This document shows, in pieces, positions 1 to 11,606 of a stretch of 43,006 nt of DNA (position 1 is its first letter; every line of letters starts with the position of its first letter). Position numbers and translations under genes: made by a program. Source of the stretch: a virus (Duplodnaviria > Heunggongvirae > Uroviricota > Caudoviricetes); the IMG/VR virus record IMGVR_UViG_3300031555_002904; one strand, given 5' to 3'. The notes beneath the pieces were generated by a model that was given only the letters and a program-made list of their open reading frames with translations, was not told the DNA's origin and did no database searches.

Positions 1-268
1 TAGTCTCGGCGAACTGCATATAAGCCATTTCAACCTTCTTAGGCAGAACCTCGTCCAAAGTCTCTTCGATAACAGAGAAAATCAAATTCTTGTTATCACG
101 ATATAAAGAATAAGTACCAGCCAACTCATTGAACTCACGACGTAGAGTCTCGTTCAAAGCGGCATAACTAAAGTTTTCACCGTTAAAGCTATAAGACACA
201 GAAGCAGAAGGGTCAGCCTTTGCAACAGTCTTAGCCAACTGTACTAAATTATTTCTATCTAAAGCCAT
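1..268 (-). CDS. Probable major capsid protein, N-terminal 89 aa (runs off window start; not in ORF track)
   Basis: ATG at 268 with upstream GGAG; open to position 1 (MALDRNNLVQLAKTVAKADPSAS...MQFAET); last gene of the terminase-portal-scaffold-decoration series. Confidence 0.65.
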   Translation of the reverse strand, partial: MALDRNNLVQLAKTVAKADPSASVSYSFNGENFSYAALNETLRREFNELAGTYSLYRDNKNLIFSVIEETLDEVLPKKVEMAYMQFAET

Positions 269-285
269 TACTCTTCTCTCCTTTC

Positions 286-1170
286 TTACGCAATACGTAG
301 AATCTTAACGCCCTTTTGATGGTCGGGCATAGTATAAACCTTAACAACCTGCCATTTCATAGCCTGGCTGTTATCCTTAGCCAAGATACCCTTAGCATTA
401 GGTGCCAAAATATCACCAACAGCCAATTCAGACTCAAGAATCATGTTAGTAGTATAATGGTCACCAACATTAGTCTTGAATACACGAGGTACCATAGTAG
501 TGCCAGTAGGCATCATCTTCTCAGGATGCTTAACAGCACGCAGCTTCATAAACAAACGACGACGATAATCTTCCTTAATTTCAGGATTGTTAATATCGTT
601 CATCTCATATGGGTCATAAACAGTAGAAGCGACACCAAAATCGTCAACGCCAGGATAACTTACTTTACCAGTCTCTTCATCAACAACTGGCGCAACAACA
701 TTACCATTAGCGTCAAAAACAGGTCTTGCTTCAAAAGAGCCATTCTTATACACTTCGCTAACACCCTGTAGCAAACGAGTAGGTCCATATAGCTCCTCAG
801 CCATCTTGCTGTTATCGCCATCCAATGGACTATAAACACGGGCCTGATAGTTGCCCTTAATCATTGCGAATTCGCAATCCAACTGATGCTCACGATACAA
901 CTTAGTTTCGTTGTAAACCAGCATCCATTCACCAGTATCATGGTCATCAGAACCAAAGTTTACAAGGCCAGCTGCATAGTCATACTTAACAAACTGTCCC
1001 TGCTCCAGAACCTCAATAGAGGGGTCTGCAGGTAACTGAGCATAAATCTGAGCAGTGCGCTGTGCAGACAAGTGGTTAGGCTCAACCTGGCCGTAGCCCA
1101 GTTCAACATATCCGCCATTCTTCACAGAAGCCTGACTAGTAATATGCTTACTTAAAAACTCTTTAAGCAT
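286..1170 (-). CDS. Head-associated structural protein (capsid decoration-like), 294 aa
   Basis: GGAGG RBS, TAA stop, lies between scaffold and capsid genes; function from position only. Confidence 0.55.
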   Translation of the reverse strand: MLKEFLSKHITSQASVKNGGYVELGYGQVEPNHLSAQRTAQIYAQLPADPSIEVLEQGQFVKYDYAAGLVNFGSDDHDTGEWMLVYNETKLYREHQLDCEFAMIKGNYQARVYSPLDGDNSKMAEELYGPTRLLQGVSEVYKNGSFEARPVFDANGNVVAPVVDEETGKVSYPGVDDFGVASTVYDPYEMNDINNPEIKEDYRRRLFMKLRAVKHPEKMMPTGTTMVPRVFKTNVGDHYTTNMILESELAVGDILAPNAKGILAKDNSQAMKWQVVKVYTMPDHQKGVKILRIA

Positions 1171-1197
1171 TTCTATATTTCCTCCTTTTAGTTTTTA

Positions 1198-2736
1198 TTA
1201 CATTTCACTCGCAACAGAACGAATAGCTTTAATCCAAGCTGGAGCATCATCATTCATGCCACCATTTAAACTAAAGGTCATTGGGTCTTTGCCATCGTTC
1301 TTATCATCATCAAGGTTGAAACTGACCTTGTTGCGAACACATAAAATAGAAAGCTCTGCTTCAATTTCTTTTGGAGAATATTTGTCAATATTTTCTACGA
1401 CATCTTTCTTATCTTCATCAGAAAGCATATAGAAACTTGCAATCATCTTCTCTTTTTCTGCCTTCTCAATACCCTTCTTGAAAGTAGTCAACTCATTTAG
1501 CTGGCTCTGTAGAGTAGTGATAGTGGACTGTGCATTAGCATAATCAGTCTCTAAAGCAGAATATTTATTGCTTAGCTCTACATATTCTTGAATTTCCTCA
1601 AGATTGTATTTTTCCTTTTTGCCCTGCTTTTTCTTTTTCTCGTCCTCATCATCGGAATCGTCGTCATCCTCGCACTCACACTCGGACTTCTTCTTTCCAC
1701 ACTTAGGGCATTTTTCCTCTTCGCCGCCCTCATCATCGTCGTCCTCGGGCTTCTTACCCTCGTCCTTCTTTGACTTAGCATATTCAGCAACTGCGGCTGC
1801 GTCGAACTGTGGCTCTTCAGCTGGAGTATAATCCTCCAATAACTGAGCCTCGGCCGCAAACACAACAGAGCCATCTTCGGCAACGGAGAAATCAAGACGA
1901 TAGTACTTTTCATCGGCAGTTAGAACAGCAAATAGCTTCTGTCCCTCGTCTTCACAGACACTCTCAATGCCGTAAGTACCTTCTACATGGCTATAAAGAG
2001 CGGTCCACAAAGCGTCACCGATTTCAACAGCGTATCTAGTAAACACTTTTTCTCCTCCTTTATTTAGTAATTCTTTCAATTCGTTCATCATAGAGAATAC
2101 TTGCTCTTTAAAACCATCAGCAAAAGCGAATTGAATTACAGGGGCACCAATAGTAGAACCTTCGAAGCAAGGTTCATTATTCACACCCAATGTACAAAGT
2201 TTTGAGATAATTGCTTCATTGATAATGAAAAATTTAGGTTCTCCATTACCATCTTTTGACCAATGTGCATCAATTGTGTCTTCATCGAGTTCCATAGAAT
2301 GATTATTACCCTGGGATAAAATTCTACGACACTCGGGATACTGACCAGTCCATAGCCAGCCTTCAGTCATCATATATTCACGCTCATTCATTCCATCATC
2401 TAAAAACTTTTGAAACCAAACCTTAGCATTTAAATCAACAAATCCATAGGGTCTAGTTGTATCCTTAATTTCAAACTTACCATTTGAAATATCAATAATG
2501 CGGTTATGCTCCTCAAAGTCGCCCTTTTCTTCATTATAAAATCCGACAATAGGGCAGCCGGGGAGGGAGTTTGCCATTTGTTTAGCAGTCTCCTTGGTAA
2601 TAATACTTCTATTACGATTTGGTTCATCACCAACATAACACACTTTAATTTGACATTTAGAAATCAAAGGATTAAGAGGAGTGATATTGATAAATTCAAC
2701 AGGTGTGTCCAATTTAATACTTGTATGCATTGGCAT
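1198..2736 (-). CDS. Prohead protease/scaffold protein, 512 aa
   Basis: N-terminal domain typical of phage maturation proteases (NRNRS motif, SMEL motif), acidic/basic linker, coiled-coil C-terminus; directly downstream of portal. Confidence 0.7.
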   Translation of the reverse strand: MPMHTSIKLDTPVEFINITPLNPLISKCQIKVCYVGDEPNRNRSIITKETAKQMANSLPGCPIVGFYNEEKGDFEEHNRIIDISNGKFEIKDTTRPYGFVDLNAKVWFQKFLDDGMNEREYMMTEGWLWTGQYPECRRILSQGNNHSMELDEDTIDAHWSKDGNGEPKFFIINEAIISKLCTLGVNNEPCFEGSTIGAPVIQFAFADGFKEQVFSMMNELKELLNKGGEKVFTRYAVEIGDALWTALYSHVEGTYGIESVCEDEGQKLFAVLTADEKYYRLDFSVAEDGSVVFAAEAQLLEDYTPAEEPQFDAAAVAEYAKSKKDEGKKPEDDDDEGGEEEKCPKCGKKKSECECEDDDDSDDEDEKKKKQGKKEKYNLEEIQEYVELSNKYSALETDYANAQSTITTLQSQLNELTTFKKGIEKAEKEKMIASFYMLSDEDKKDVVENIDKYSPKEIEAELSILCVRNKVSFNLDDDKNDGKDPMTFSLNGGMNDDAPAWIKAIRSVASEM

Positions 2737-2749
2737 TTTAATCTCCTCC

Positions 2750-4405
2750 TTAGCTCATAGATTCTTTATTTTGGATAGTCTTTTCAGATTTCTCGGAGTC
2801 TGGTTTTTCCGGACGGCCCGCAGATTTCTCAGAAGTCTATCCTCCTGTATTAGTTTGAGTTTTATTTGTTTGAGTCTAATTAGAATTGCCCCCACCTTTT
2901 AAATCTTCCATTTTCATAGTAGAAGACATTAGAGGAGGAATCATAATCTCACTCAACTTCATAACTTCATTCTCAAAGTAAGCAGTATTTAAGATAAAGC
3001 TCTGGGAGTGACCCAACGCAATTTGGGGTAACATTTTTGAATATCCCATTTGGACTTGTTCTTTATACATCTTAGCTAACTCTTTATAATTATATTGTGT
3101 GGTTTCCAGCATATATAATCTGAAGTTATATTTCTTCTTTGCCCCACTCAATGATTGAGTGATTCTATCAAAGAAAATCTCAAATTGTAATAATAATGTG
3201 CGTAAAGCAGCTTCATCATTTAAAATAGATTGAGTTAATGCCAAATTACCATCGGTATTAAACATATTCTGAGAAATACCAAGAGCATTAAACACACTAC
3301 GCTCCACTTTAGCTAAATCATCTTGTGAAGTAGTGGTATTTTTATCTGACATATCAATACTATCAATGTCTGCAAATGTGGTCAACACATCGACGCCGAC
3401 CGCACGCTTTAACATTTGCACAGCATTATTATGAATATCTCTTGCTTCATCAACGTCGAAAATCAAATCTCCATTTTTATCCATTGGTAACTTCTGGACT
3501 ACAATTTTCAACAATTTCTGCATTTGCTTTCTACGGTCCAAATCTTGAGCCGCATCCAAATCCAGAATTGCAGGAATAGCGTTGATAAATAAAGGGATGT
3601 CGGCGGCACCATTGCCACCATTAGCGAAACTGAATTTCACAGTGTTCTGAGGTTCCAGCATCCACCAACCAGAATCGTCCACCCAACGGCTACCCAAGTA
3701 ACCACCAACGGTTGGGTCTTGACCAAGAGACTTCTGTCTACTCAACTTTCCACTCTTGTAAGCGACATAGCCTTTCTTAAACTCGTCAGGGAACATATTC
3801 AATACTTGCATACGGTAAGTGGTGTCTGGAAAAGCCTAATCAAAGAATTTCATATTAAATTCAACAACAGGTAAATTACCTTGGTTGAAACGACTACGAC
3901 AGTAATTAATGGGAAGTTCTTGAATGATTACTCCTTTTGGACTATGAACAATATAGCCATAATAAGCGCCATTCTTCACAACTCCAAGAGCAATATCACC
4001 GCAAACTTTAGCGATGTAAGAATTATCAAGATAATGGAGGACTTTATTCAAATCAGTTAAAATCTTCTCATTTGTCTTAGCAGCCTCGTCAAATACTTCA
4101 GGTACAACATACCAGTCATATCTATACATGGTTGCCGCATAATTACAAACACGTTGATAAATACCGCTAGCCTTATAGAAATAATTAGAAATCTCACGCA
4201 AACGGACAACATCGTTATCCATCAAAGCACGATAAATAATAGCCTTATTAATAACGCCACGGGTAACACCTTGAATCGCGCCAAGATTTAAAACAGCATC
4301 ATCCAAAGTTTTAGTATTGATTTTAATCTTACCATATTCGGTAATTCGATTATCCATCATATTAAAACCTTTTGAACGGATTTCTTCTTGTCTACTCAAC
4401 TCCAA
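2750..4405 (-). CDS. Portal protein, 551 aa, with 3 in-frame TAG codons read through (3836-3838, 2876-2878, 2837-2839)
   Basis: ORF-track pieces 3836..4405 and 2876..3811 are in one frame joined across TAG (FFD*AFPDTTYRMQVL); readthrough ends GRPEKPDSEKSEKTIQNKESMS-TAA just before the scaffold RBS; position between terminase and scaffold. Confidence 0.8.
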
Positions 4406-4419
4406 AACTCCACCTCCTT

Positions 4420-4776
4420 TTAATATCCTGCTAAATTCATAATATAGTCATAGGAGATTAAATTTTCGTCAGTATATGGAATTTCAATCAACTTAAAATC
4501 ATGTAAAGCACAAAAGCGTCGTTTTTGATTATCATTATACTATTGTTGGAAGAAACCTTTTTTACCACCGAATTTCGCACTAGGCTCATAATGTTGCTTA
4601 CCTTGATACTCAATAATAAAATCAATTTTTCCATCATCATCAAAAACGACAAAATCAAATCTTAAAGGGCGACCATTTGGGCTCTTTAAGTCGGGGAAGA
4701 TATACTCCATTTTAAAGGGGAGTTCAGCTTCCTTTAAGATTTCTTCAATCTTAATTTCTCCTCTCGAAGCTCTCAT
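4420..4776 (-). CDS. Small PD-(D/E)xK-type nuclease, 118 aa, one in-frame TAG (4540-4542)
   Basis: RBS AAGGAGG then ATG 4776; motifs LRFDF..IIEYQGKQHY; readthrough gives NDNQKRRFC..LIEIPY matching the C-terminal domain of 11607..12371. Confidence 0.75.
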
Positions 4777-4787
4777 AGTCAACCTCC

Positions 4788-6524
4788 TTAATTGAAGAAT
4801 GCCCAATCAGCGGCATTAAACTTCTTTTTCTTTTTCTTTTTATCTTCTTCTTGCTTAATATAATAAAGACCATATTCAAAAGCGGAAAATTTATCTTTCC
4901 TAATTCCACGATTAGCTTGTTTTAAGATGATATTTACGCCTTCATTTTCTTCACGCAAATTCATCATCTCTTCCTTTAATATGGAAGTTAAGGTAAATGG
5001 TTTTAAATATTCTGCCCTTTCCTCAGGCTTCATATTTTGTCCCATTTTAGTTGCCAATAATTTTTCCTTAGCTCCACGCTCGTCAATAAGGAATTTTACC
5101 TTACCGGCTTGTAGCTGAGTCTGCGCATTTGCGTGACACTCAGTATTAATAGGAGCATTTGCTTTTAGAATATACATAGCATCAAACTCAGTATTTGCAG
5201 TTCGATATTTTTTATAATAACCATCTTCATCATTCTCAACACCAAAGTCTGGGAAGAAGTCACCATTTTCATCTTCTTGAGATTTAATCATATAGTCAAC
5301 TAATCCAATACCAAGACCATTACCGTCGATTACGATTGTGCGGGCTTTATACTTATAATATAATTTCTTAATTCTAATTGCCTGGTCCTCAAAATGTTCA
5401 TCCGCAAAAGTATAAATATTAACCAAAGACTTAATTGCGGGACCTTGTGCTTGAGGGGTTACCTTAAATACACAAACAACAGAGTCACATCCCTTACGAC
5501 CTACGTCAACTGATAGGATATAGTAGGCGTTCGCCGCACTCCTGCCGGAATGCTCATATTCAGGTTTCTGTAACTTACGATTTCTATCAAAGAACTCACC
5601 ATTAAAGAATGCATCTTCAACAGTACCAGACCAACGACTCTCATATTCACGAGCAAAAGAAGCTTCATTGAAAGTTCCGTCATTCTTTAAATCTTTAATA
5701 AAATTCGCATCAAGCAATTTGACCAAAACAGGAATTCGCCAAGTACCACCCATGATAATTGCTTTTTCAGGCTCGGTTACCATACGAACAAGTAAGGTAA
5801 TTAATTTATCATATGGGAAAGTATTTTTCCATCCTGCGGTTGTGACATAAATCTGACTCTTATTCAGCGTCTCTTCTGGATGAACAGTTCCATCTAAACA
5901 TCTACGAGAAACGTTAGTGGTAGGAATAATAACTTCAGAAAGGATGGTACCATCAACGCCAACACATTCCTCAATTAGTCCTCCATGACGACGCTTACCA
6001 CGCGAACTCTCACGAGCCGCAATATTATCGAAATAAGAACCATTTTTAAAGACATATTTACAATAGTCTTTACCCTCTAGTGTTTTACCTCGACCCCAGT
6101 CAATTTCTCGACGGAACGCAGGTACTAGAGTACAAATTTCTTGAACCTTTTCTTTTACGATGCCAGCTGCCTACTCTTTACCACCAGATGTAACAAATAA
6201 CTTTGCCCCTGGATATAAAACACAACGGCACATCAAAACCATAATAGAAAGGAAAGATTTAGAATACGCACGGGGGAATACCATGTAAACATATTTATAT
6301 CGCATTGCCGCACGTAAGAAAACTCGTTGATAGAAATAAAATTTTAATTCCTTCTTAACTTCTGGATTACCACCATCTTGTAAGAAGTCAATAAACATAT
6401 CTGGGTATTCTCGCCAGTAAGCTACATAGTCTCTGGCTACAGGAATTATGGCACGCACTCTTTCTTCAGAAAGACCAACCTTTTTACGAGATTGTGATAA
6501 ATTCAATAAATCCTGCAGTGCCAT
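4788..6524 (-). CDS. terL: Terminase large subunit, 578 aa, one in-frame TAG (6171-6173)
   Basis: Walker A-like FPRAYSKS, GGKE*AAG, Walker B-like GLIEE, TTAG coupling motif, nuclease SVDVGR...D; frame checked open from 6170 to 5783. Confidence 0.9.
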
Positions 6525-6526
6525 AA

Positions 6527-7744
6527 TTATCCACCTAAAATTGATTTTAAGAAAGCTTCATCATCATCCGCAAGCTCATCTTCGAAATCATTAAAAGCAG
6601 TAAAGTCCTCATCATGTAAAACTTTCTCAGCATTATCTTCGAATAGAGAAGCTTCAAATGCATCTTCGTCCTCAGAACCATCATCGGACTCAAGTTTAGC
6701 TTCATTTTCCTTATCTTTTTCAATTTCACGAAGAGCGTGTTCAATCATAGAACTCAAGTTAGTCTCTTCATTAATTAAATCGCGTGTATAACTCTGTAAA
6801 TCTTGTAATGTTCTATCAACTTTATCATTTGGTTCATCAATATAATATCTAGGAATAAATCCCTCTCTCTCACAGAGAGCAACCAATTCACCAATACTAT
6901 CAATAAATTCGCCAGACTCAGCTTTATTCTGAGCCGCAGTAAACTTACCAGACTTCATTAAACTGTCATAAACTTTACTCATCTTCTGGAAGCCCTCAAT
7001 ATCGCCAATGTCGATTAATTGATTCGCCTTGAGAGATGTCTTACATACTAATTTCAAAGTATCAATGTGTCCGGCGCCTTGAATATCATATGATTGCATC
7101 ATTTCTTCATATAACTATTCAAGTCTAATCCACTCTTCTGGCTTATAGGTTTTACCCCATTTCAATCGAAGATATGTTCTATCTTCTTCAGTTAAATCAT
7201 CCACAAAATCGTCTTGGCCTCCACTTTGCTCCGCAAAGTAGTCGTCTCCAGACGACAGGAATGGATTATCATTAGTTTCCTGGTAAACAGGAATTTCAAT
7301 TTCCCCTTGGGGAATCGGAACACTAGCCGTGGCGAGCGCTTGAGCGATTTCCGCAGCTTCATATCCCTAACGCTTCATAGTTTCTTCAATTTTCTTATTT
7401 GCGACTTCTTGTAAGAACTCAGTATCTTTCCAACGATAATCTCTAAACTGCTTTAGTTTCATCTTTGAAAGATAACGACCTACAATAGTCGTACCAGTTA
7501 ATTTAGAACGGTCTTTACCATATGATGCCAGTAACTTGTTCCATTCTTCTGGAACATATGGAACATCACATTCTTGTAAAATCCATAAATAAGTATCTGG
7601 ATTAAAATTATCTACATGCATCGTCGCACACTTCTTACATTTATGCAACTTACCTTCTGGATACTTACTTGTATTATTAGACCCATAGAACTAATCAGCG
7701 TTCATTGTTCGATTACATTTTTCACAATAAAAGCTTTCAGCCAT
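6527..7744 (-). CDS. Zn-finger protein immediately upstream of terL (small-terminase candidate), 405 aa, 3 in-frame TAG (7691, 7367, 7115)
   Basis: MAESFYCEKCNRTMNAD*FYG...CKKC; joins ORF-track pieces 7367..7648 and 6527..7102 in one frame; GGAGG RBS. Confidence 0.65.
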
Positions 7745-7786
7745 AAAAATTCCTCCTTTACTTATAATGAAAATTCAAGGCCGGAA

Positions 7787-8839
7787 TTATGACTTTTTGG
7801 CCTTAGAGTTTCTGCACTTTTTACAAATACTGTAAAAGCCATCTTTTGAAGTCTTATTCTTACTAAAATATTTATTATGTGCTAATTTAATTTCTCCACA
7901 GCGGCTGCACTTCTTATACTTACCTTTCATTTCATTTAAAAAATACCAGTTAAGTAATCTATCTTCCGCCTCGGAAGCTATTAATTTTGGAATTTTATTT
8001 CTCCATAAACTTGAAATATATTCAACACTATGTTTAATCCCAAATTCCATTTGAAGTTTTTCTTGAATGTCAATATTTTGCAACCCATCAACTTTGTATT
8101 CACAAATGCGGTCATATAAAGGATAATCTTTTAAAGCTGCATCCGCAACTTCATCAAATTCCTACATAAGATACCACAAATCCTTTTCAAACTCTCCCCA
8201 ACTTTCTTGCTTCATTAAGGAGTAGTTACATAAGATTGCTGAAACGACTTTCGGGTCACATAAAGAAACACCCTCTGGAATCACATAACCTTCATCGTCA
8301 AAATCAAAGTCGCTTTCTAAAGGTATAAAGTGTTTCGAGCGGGTGATATTTTTGGGGATTATTGGTTTACGATAGGCATCTTTAAGAATATATTGGTCCT
8401 TTCGTAATTCGATAATCGCAGTCTTGATGATAAAAGCATCACGCCCGGAAGTAGTCTTTAACTTCTGTTCCCACATCTTAATGGCTTCTCTTAATTGTGC
8501 TAACCCAGGTATCTCTTCTACATCTTTCTTTGTTATCATTACTTTTGGTTGAAAAATCTAATTCTTATCATTACTAATCATTCCATAAATGCCATCTTCG
8601 CCATTTTCGAGTTGGGAAACAAGACCTTCGAAAGAAGTTTCACGTTTATTGACTGTGGCCATTCGGTTCTCAGTTAATAGCTTACGCTCCTTTTTCTCTT
8701 GTTTCTCCATGCAAAGAACTAGGTAGTCCGCAAGTGTCTCAAGGTACTAGGGAGTAGGATTGGGACACTCTTCTAAAATTTTTTCGACTAACTATTTTCT
8801 TTCTTCTGGAGATTCTAAAGTATAATTTAATTTGGTCAT
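7787..8839 (-). CDS. Conserved phage protein with C-terminal Zn ribbon (CSRC..CKKC), possible late regulator, 350 aa, 4 in-frame TAG (8792, 8747, 8558, 8162)
   Basis: ATG 8839 after GGAGG; joins ORF pieces 8162..8539 and 7787..8083; TAA stop. Confidence 0.65.
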
Positions 8840-8867
8840 TACTTTACCTCCAGTCTTTCATACTTTT

Positions 8868-9007
8868 ATTATACCAGAAAATTTTTCTTGAGTCAAGTTT
8901 TTCCGAAAAATTTTTCCCTAACTTATATTTAAAAATTCTGACAATAAAATAAATTGGATTTGACCTGAAGCAACCGACTTGACAAAAGAAAAATTTTTTG
9001 TTATAAT
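8868..9007. promoter_or_regulatory. Divergent sigmaA-type promoters: leftward TTGACT-17-TATAAT (8896..8868), rightward TTGACA-17-TATAAT (8979..9007)
   Basis: Direct match with 17 bp spacers between the two divergent operons. Confidence 0.75.
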
Positions 9008-9040
9008 ATTTATATAAATAAAAGATAAGGAGCAGTATAT

Positions 9041-9469
9041 ATGATTGTCGCAATCGTTATCCTAAGTATCTTATTGGTCGGCGCAACCGCCTTTATTTTT
9101 TGGTTACTTGGGGTGCTAAAAAACACCTTTGATATTGTTGAAGCCTCTTTAGATATGGCCTCCGGCAAACCTTCCGCGAAATTCGGGAAAGCATATGATG
9201 GTAAATATTATCCCGCAACAGTAATCTCGCAAGTTAAATTCAATTCAGATTCTGAAATGATGATTACAGATTTTTCGATGTATGATGAAAAGAAAATTGT
9301 AGGTTTTACAATATGTACGAAAGAAAGTGAACGAGAATATATCGGTGCGCAAGGTGATGATGTTCCCGATGAAATCCTTGAAGAGGCTTTTGGAACTCCG
9401 ACAATATTTAAGAATGTTGTTGTATATGCTCCTTGGGAAGGAATGTGGACATGGAAACCAGCGGATTAA
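9041..9469 (+). CDS. Hypothetical protein with N-terminal transmembrane segment, 142 aa
   Basis: AAGGAG RBS, hydrophobic N-terminus. Confidence 0.7.
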   Translation: MIVAIVILSILLVGATAFIFWLLGVLKNTFDIVEASLDMASGKPSAKFGKAYDGKYYPATVISQVKFNSDSEMMITDFSMYDEKKIVGFTICTKESEREYIGAQGDDVPDEILEEAFGTPTIFKNVVVYAPWEGMWTWKPAD

Positions 9470-9684
9470 TTATTGCTATTTTATGGGCAATCATGTCACT
9501 CCTGGTGATGATTCAATATGCACCAGCCTGTAAAGATTTAAATTGGAAAGACCAATTAATCGTAGGCATTATCTTTATTATTGGCGGTCCAATATTCGCG
9601 GCCGCAAATGTACTTGAAGCAATTTTAGACTGTATTTTACCGGAAGGGTGGGGGGATGACGACGATGGTCCTTGGAAATATTAA
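9444..9684 (+). CDS. Small two-TM membrane protein (about 77-83 aa; start uncertain)
   Basis: ORF 9433..9684, two hydrophobic segments, overlaps both neighbours. Confidence 0.6.
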
Positions 9685-10468
9685 AGAATATACTAAAGCA
9701 CTGAAAGAACAATTTAAAGACCGCATTACCGCAATTGGTGATGCACCTAAGTTAGCAATTATCCAAGTTGGAAATGTAGAAGCATCAAATCGTTATATCA
9801 AAAACAAAGTGAAAGATTGTGAAGAGGTCGGTATCATTGCTGATGTTTATCAATATCCAGAGGATATTACTGAACATGAGCTATGTGAAAATATCAAGCT
9901 CGACCAGGAACACTATGACGGCGTTATAGTGCAACTACCACTCCCACCTCATATCCGCGAGAAGGTCGTGGTTGCCGCAATCAATCCTTTGAAGGATGTT
10001 GATGGATTTCATCCAGATAGTCCTTATGACCCAGCAACTCCCGCAGGCATCATGAAATATCTTCGTGCTTGCGATTACGACGTTGCGGGACGCGACGTCG
10101 TAATCATTGGTCGCAGTAATATTGTTGGTAAGCCTTTGGCGAGAATGATGACAGACGCAGATGCGACAGTAACTCTTTGCCACAGTAAATCAAAATTGTC
10201 ACATCATTTGTATGGGGCTGACCTGATTGTCACAGCAGTAGGTAAAGCAGGCTTTTTAAATTGCTACCCAATTCATGTGCCTGTTATTGACGTCGGCATT
10301 AACTTTGTAACAGATGCTGAAGGCAGAAGCCGACTTGTCGGCGATGCCTTCAATACAGAAGGACGAGATGTAACACCAGTTCCAGGAGGGGTCGGTCTTT
10401 TGACCAGATGCGCACTTTTGGAGAATGTAATTGATGCGAAAGCAAGGGTGAGTTTAAAACGTGGATAA
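9656..10468 (+). CDS. folD: Methylenetetrahydrofolate dehydrogenase/cyclohydrolase
   Basis: Motifs ASNRYIKNK, GVIVQLPLP, KDVDGFH, PATPAG, VIIGRSNIVGKP, VTLCHS, VIDVGIN, TPVPGGVGLLT. Confidence 0.95.
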   Translation: MTTMVLGNIKEYTKALKEQFKDRITAIGDAPKLAIIQVGNVEASNRYIKNKVKDCEEVGIIADVYQYPEDITEHELCENIKLDQEHYDGVIVQLPLPPHIREKVVVAAINPLKDVDGFHPDSPYDPATPAGIMKYLRACDYDVAGRDVVIIGRSNIVGKPLARMMTDADATVTLCHSKSKLSHHLYGADLIVTAVGKAGFLNCYPIHVPVIDVGINFVTDAEGRSRLVGDAFNTEGRDVTPVPGGVGLLTRCALLENVIDAKARVSLKRG

Positions 10469-10757
10469 ATGGACTTTGATTTTATTAGAAGTTGAAGGTA
10501 TGTGGGAAGCAGATAGCTATGCCGCATATCTAGGGCAAATTGGCTGCGACCCGCAGAAGTATCGGGTAGAACGAGATACTTTTAAAGCTGACCGCATTTT
10601 TGCCCTTTATGGATATGATTATTTCTTGCGATTTGTAGAGCGGTGCCCGCATATCCAAGAGATGATAGAAAAATATAAACCCTGTGACCAGAACGGCGGC
10701 TAGTGCACAATGTTCTGTGCCTACTATAAGGAAGGAGGATGTACATTATGCCAATGA
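10461..10757 (+). CDS. Hypothetical Cys-rich protein, extended through TAG at 10701-10703
   Basis: Readthrough adds CTMFCAYYKEGGCTLCQ and ends at TGA overlapping an ATG of the next gene (ATGA coupling). Confidence 0.6.
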
Positions 10758-10975
10758 GTGATTGGATTAACAACGCGCAATTGATTCCAGAAGGCAGACC
10801 ATATAAGGTTGATAGTTCAAGTCGAATTGTCGTACCTTCTCATTTGAAAGCAAAATTTGGAATTGAAAATGGCGACAATATGGACTATTATACCACCTTT
10901 GTTGATGGCAGATGGTTTATTTGTGTAACTAAGCACGTTGAAGAAGAGGAAGCAAAAAATGAAGAAAATATTTAA
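10748..10975 (+). CDS. AbrB/MraZ-like (SpoVT_AbrB fold) DNA-binding protein
   Basis: KVDSSSRIVVPSHLKAKFGIENGD pattern; AGGAGG RBS. Confidence 0.7.
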   Translation: MPMSDWINNAQLIPEGRPYKVDSSSRIVVPSHLKAKFGIENGDNMDYYTTFVDGRWFICVTKHVEEEEAKNEENI

Positions 10976-11483
10976 ATATAGATTGCCAAGAGATGGCGAA
11001 GTAATTACCATTCATGCGGATGTAATTAAATGGCTAGATATCCAAGAGCAAAATGGCTGGCCTCACATCTGGGCAATCGTCGAAGAAAATGGCAATGCGA
11101 GAAACTATGAGATTGCGGCCTGGGGTACCGGCTGGATGGTTCCCGACGAGTTGATGTTCATGAGCTATCTAGGAACAGCGCAAGACCTGGGTGGTTATGT
11201 ATGGCATTATTTCATGCGCGAGGCTGATTCTATCTATGAGCCTATCACAGTATAGGAATATGACTATAATCCTTACGATTATACTTTGACAACAAAGGGA
11301 CAGCCAGACCCCGGATACAGCATTACGATTTCTTGCGGCGAGGCCGGTTCAGCGGTCTCTGGACTGGAATCAAAAGTGTATAATGATTATACAACAAGTA
11401 TTGACAATTTGCAAGGTGTCGTGGAATATTTAACTGCGGCCGTGGCAACCGGTAAAACGGCATCTGTAAGAGCGTGTACGTAA
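10959..11483 (+). CDS. Hypothetical protein, 174 aa, one in-frame TAG (11253-11255)
   Basis: ORF pieces 10938..11255 and 11286..11483 share a frame with no TAA/TGA between. Confidence 0.6.
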
Positions 11484-11606
11484 AAAATAATTAAAAAATG
11501 GGAAAATATAATAAAAACATATTTTCCCATTTTTCTTTGGACAAAATCCCGAAATATGAGTTTCGGGAAAATTATATATAATAGCATAAAACAAGGAGGA
11601 AATATT

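Noticed and set aside
2876-8539. Split terminase, portal and neighbouring ORFs as pseudogenes or frameshifts
   Set aside because: All breaks are in-frame TAG with no frame change, in essential genes; recoding explains them all.
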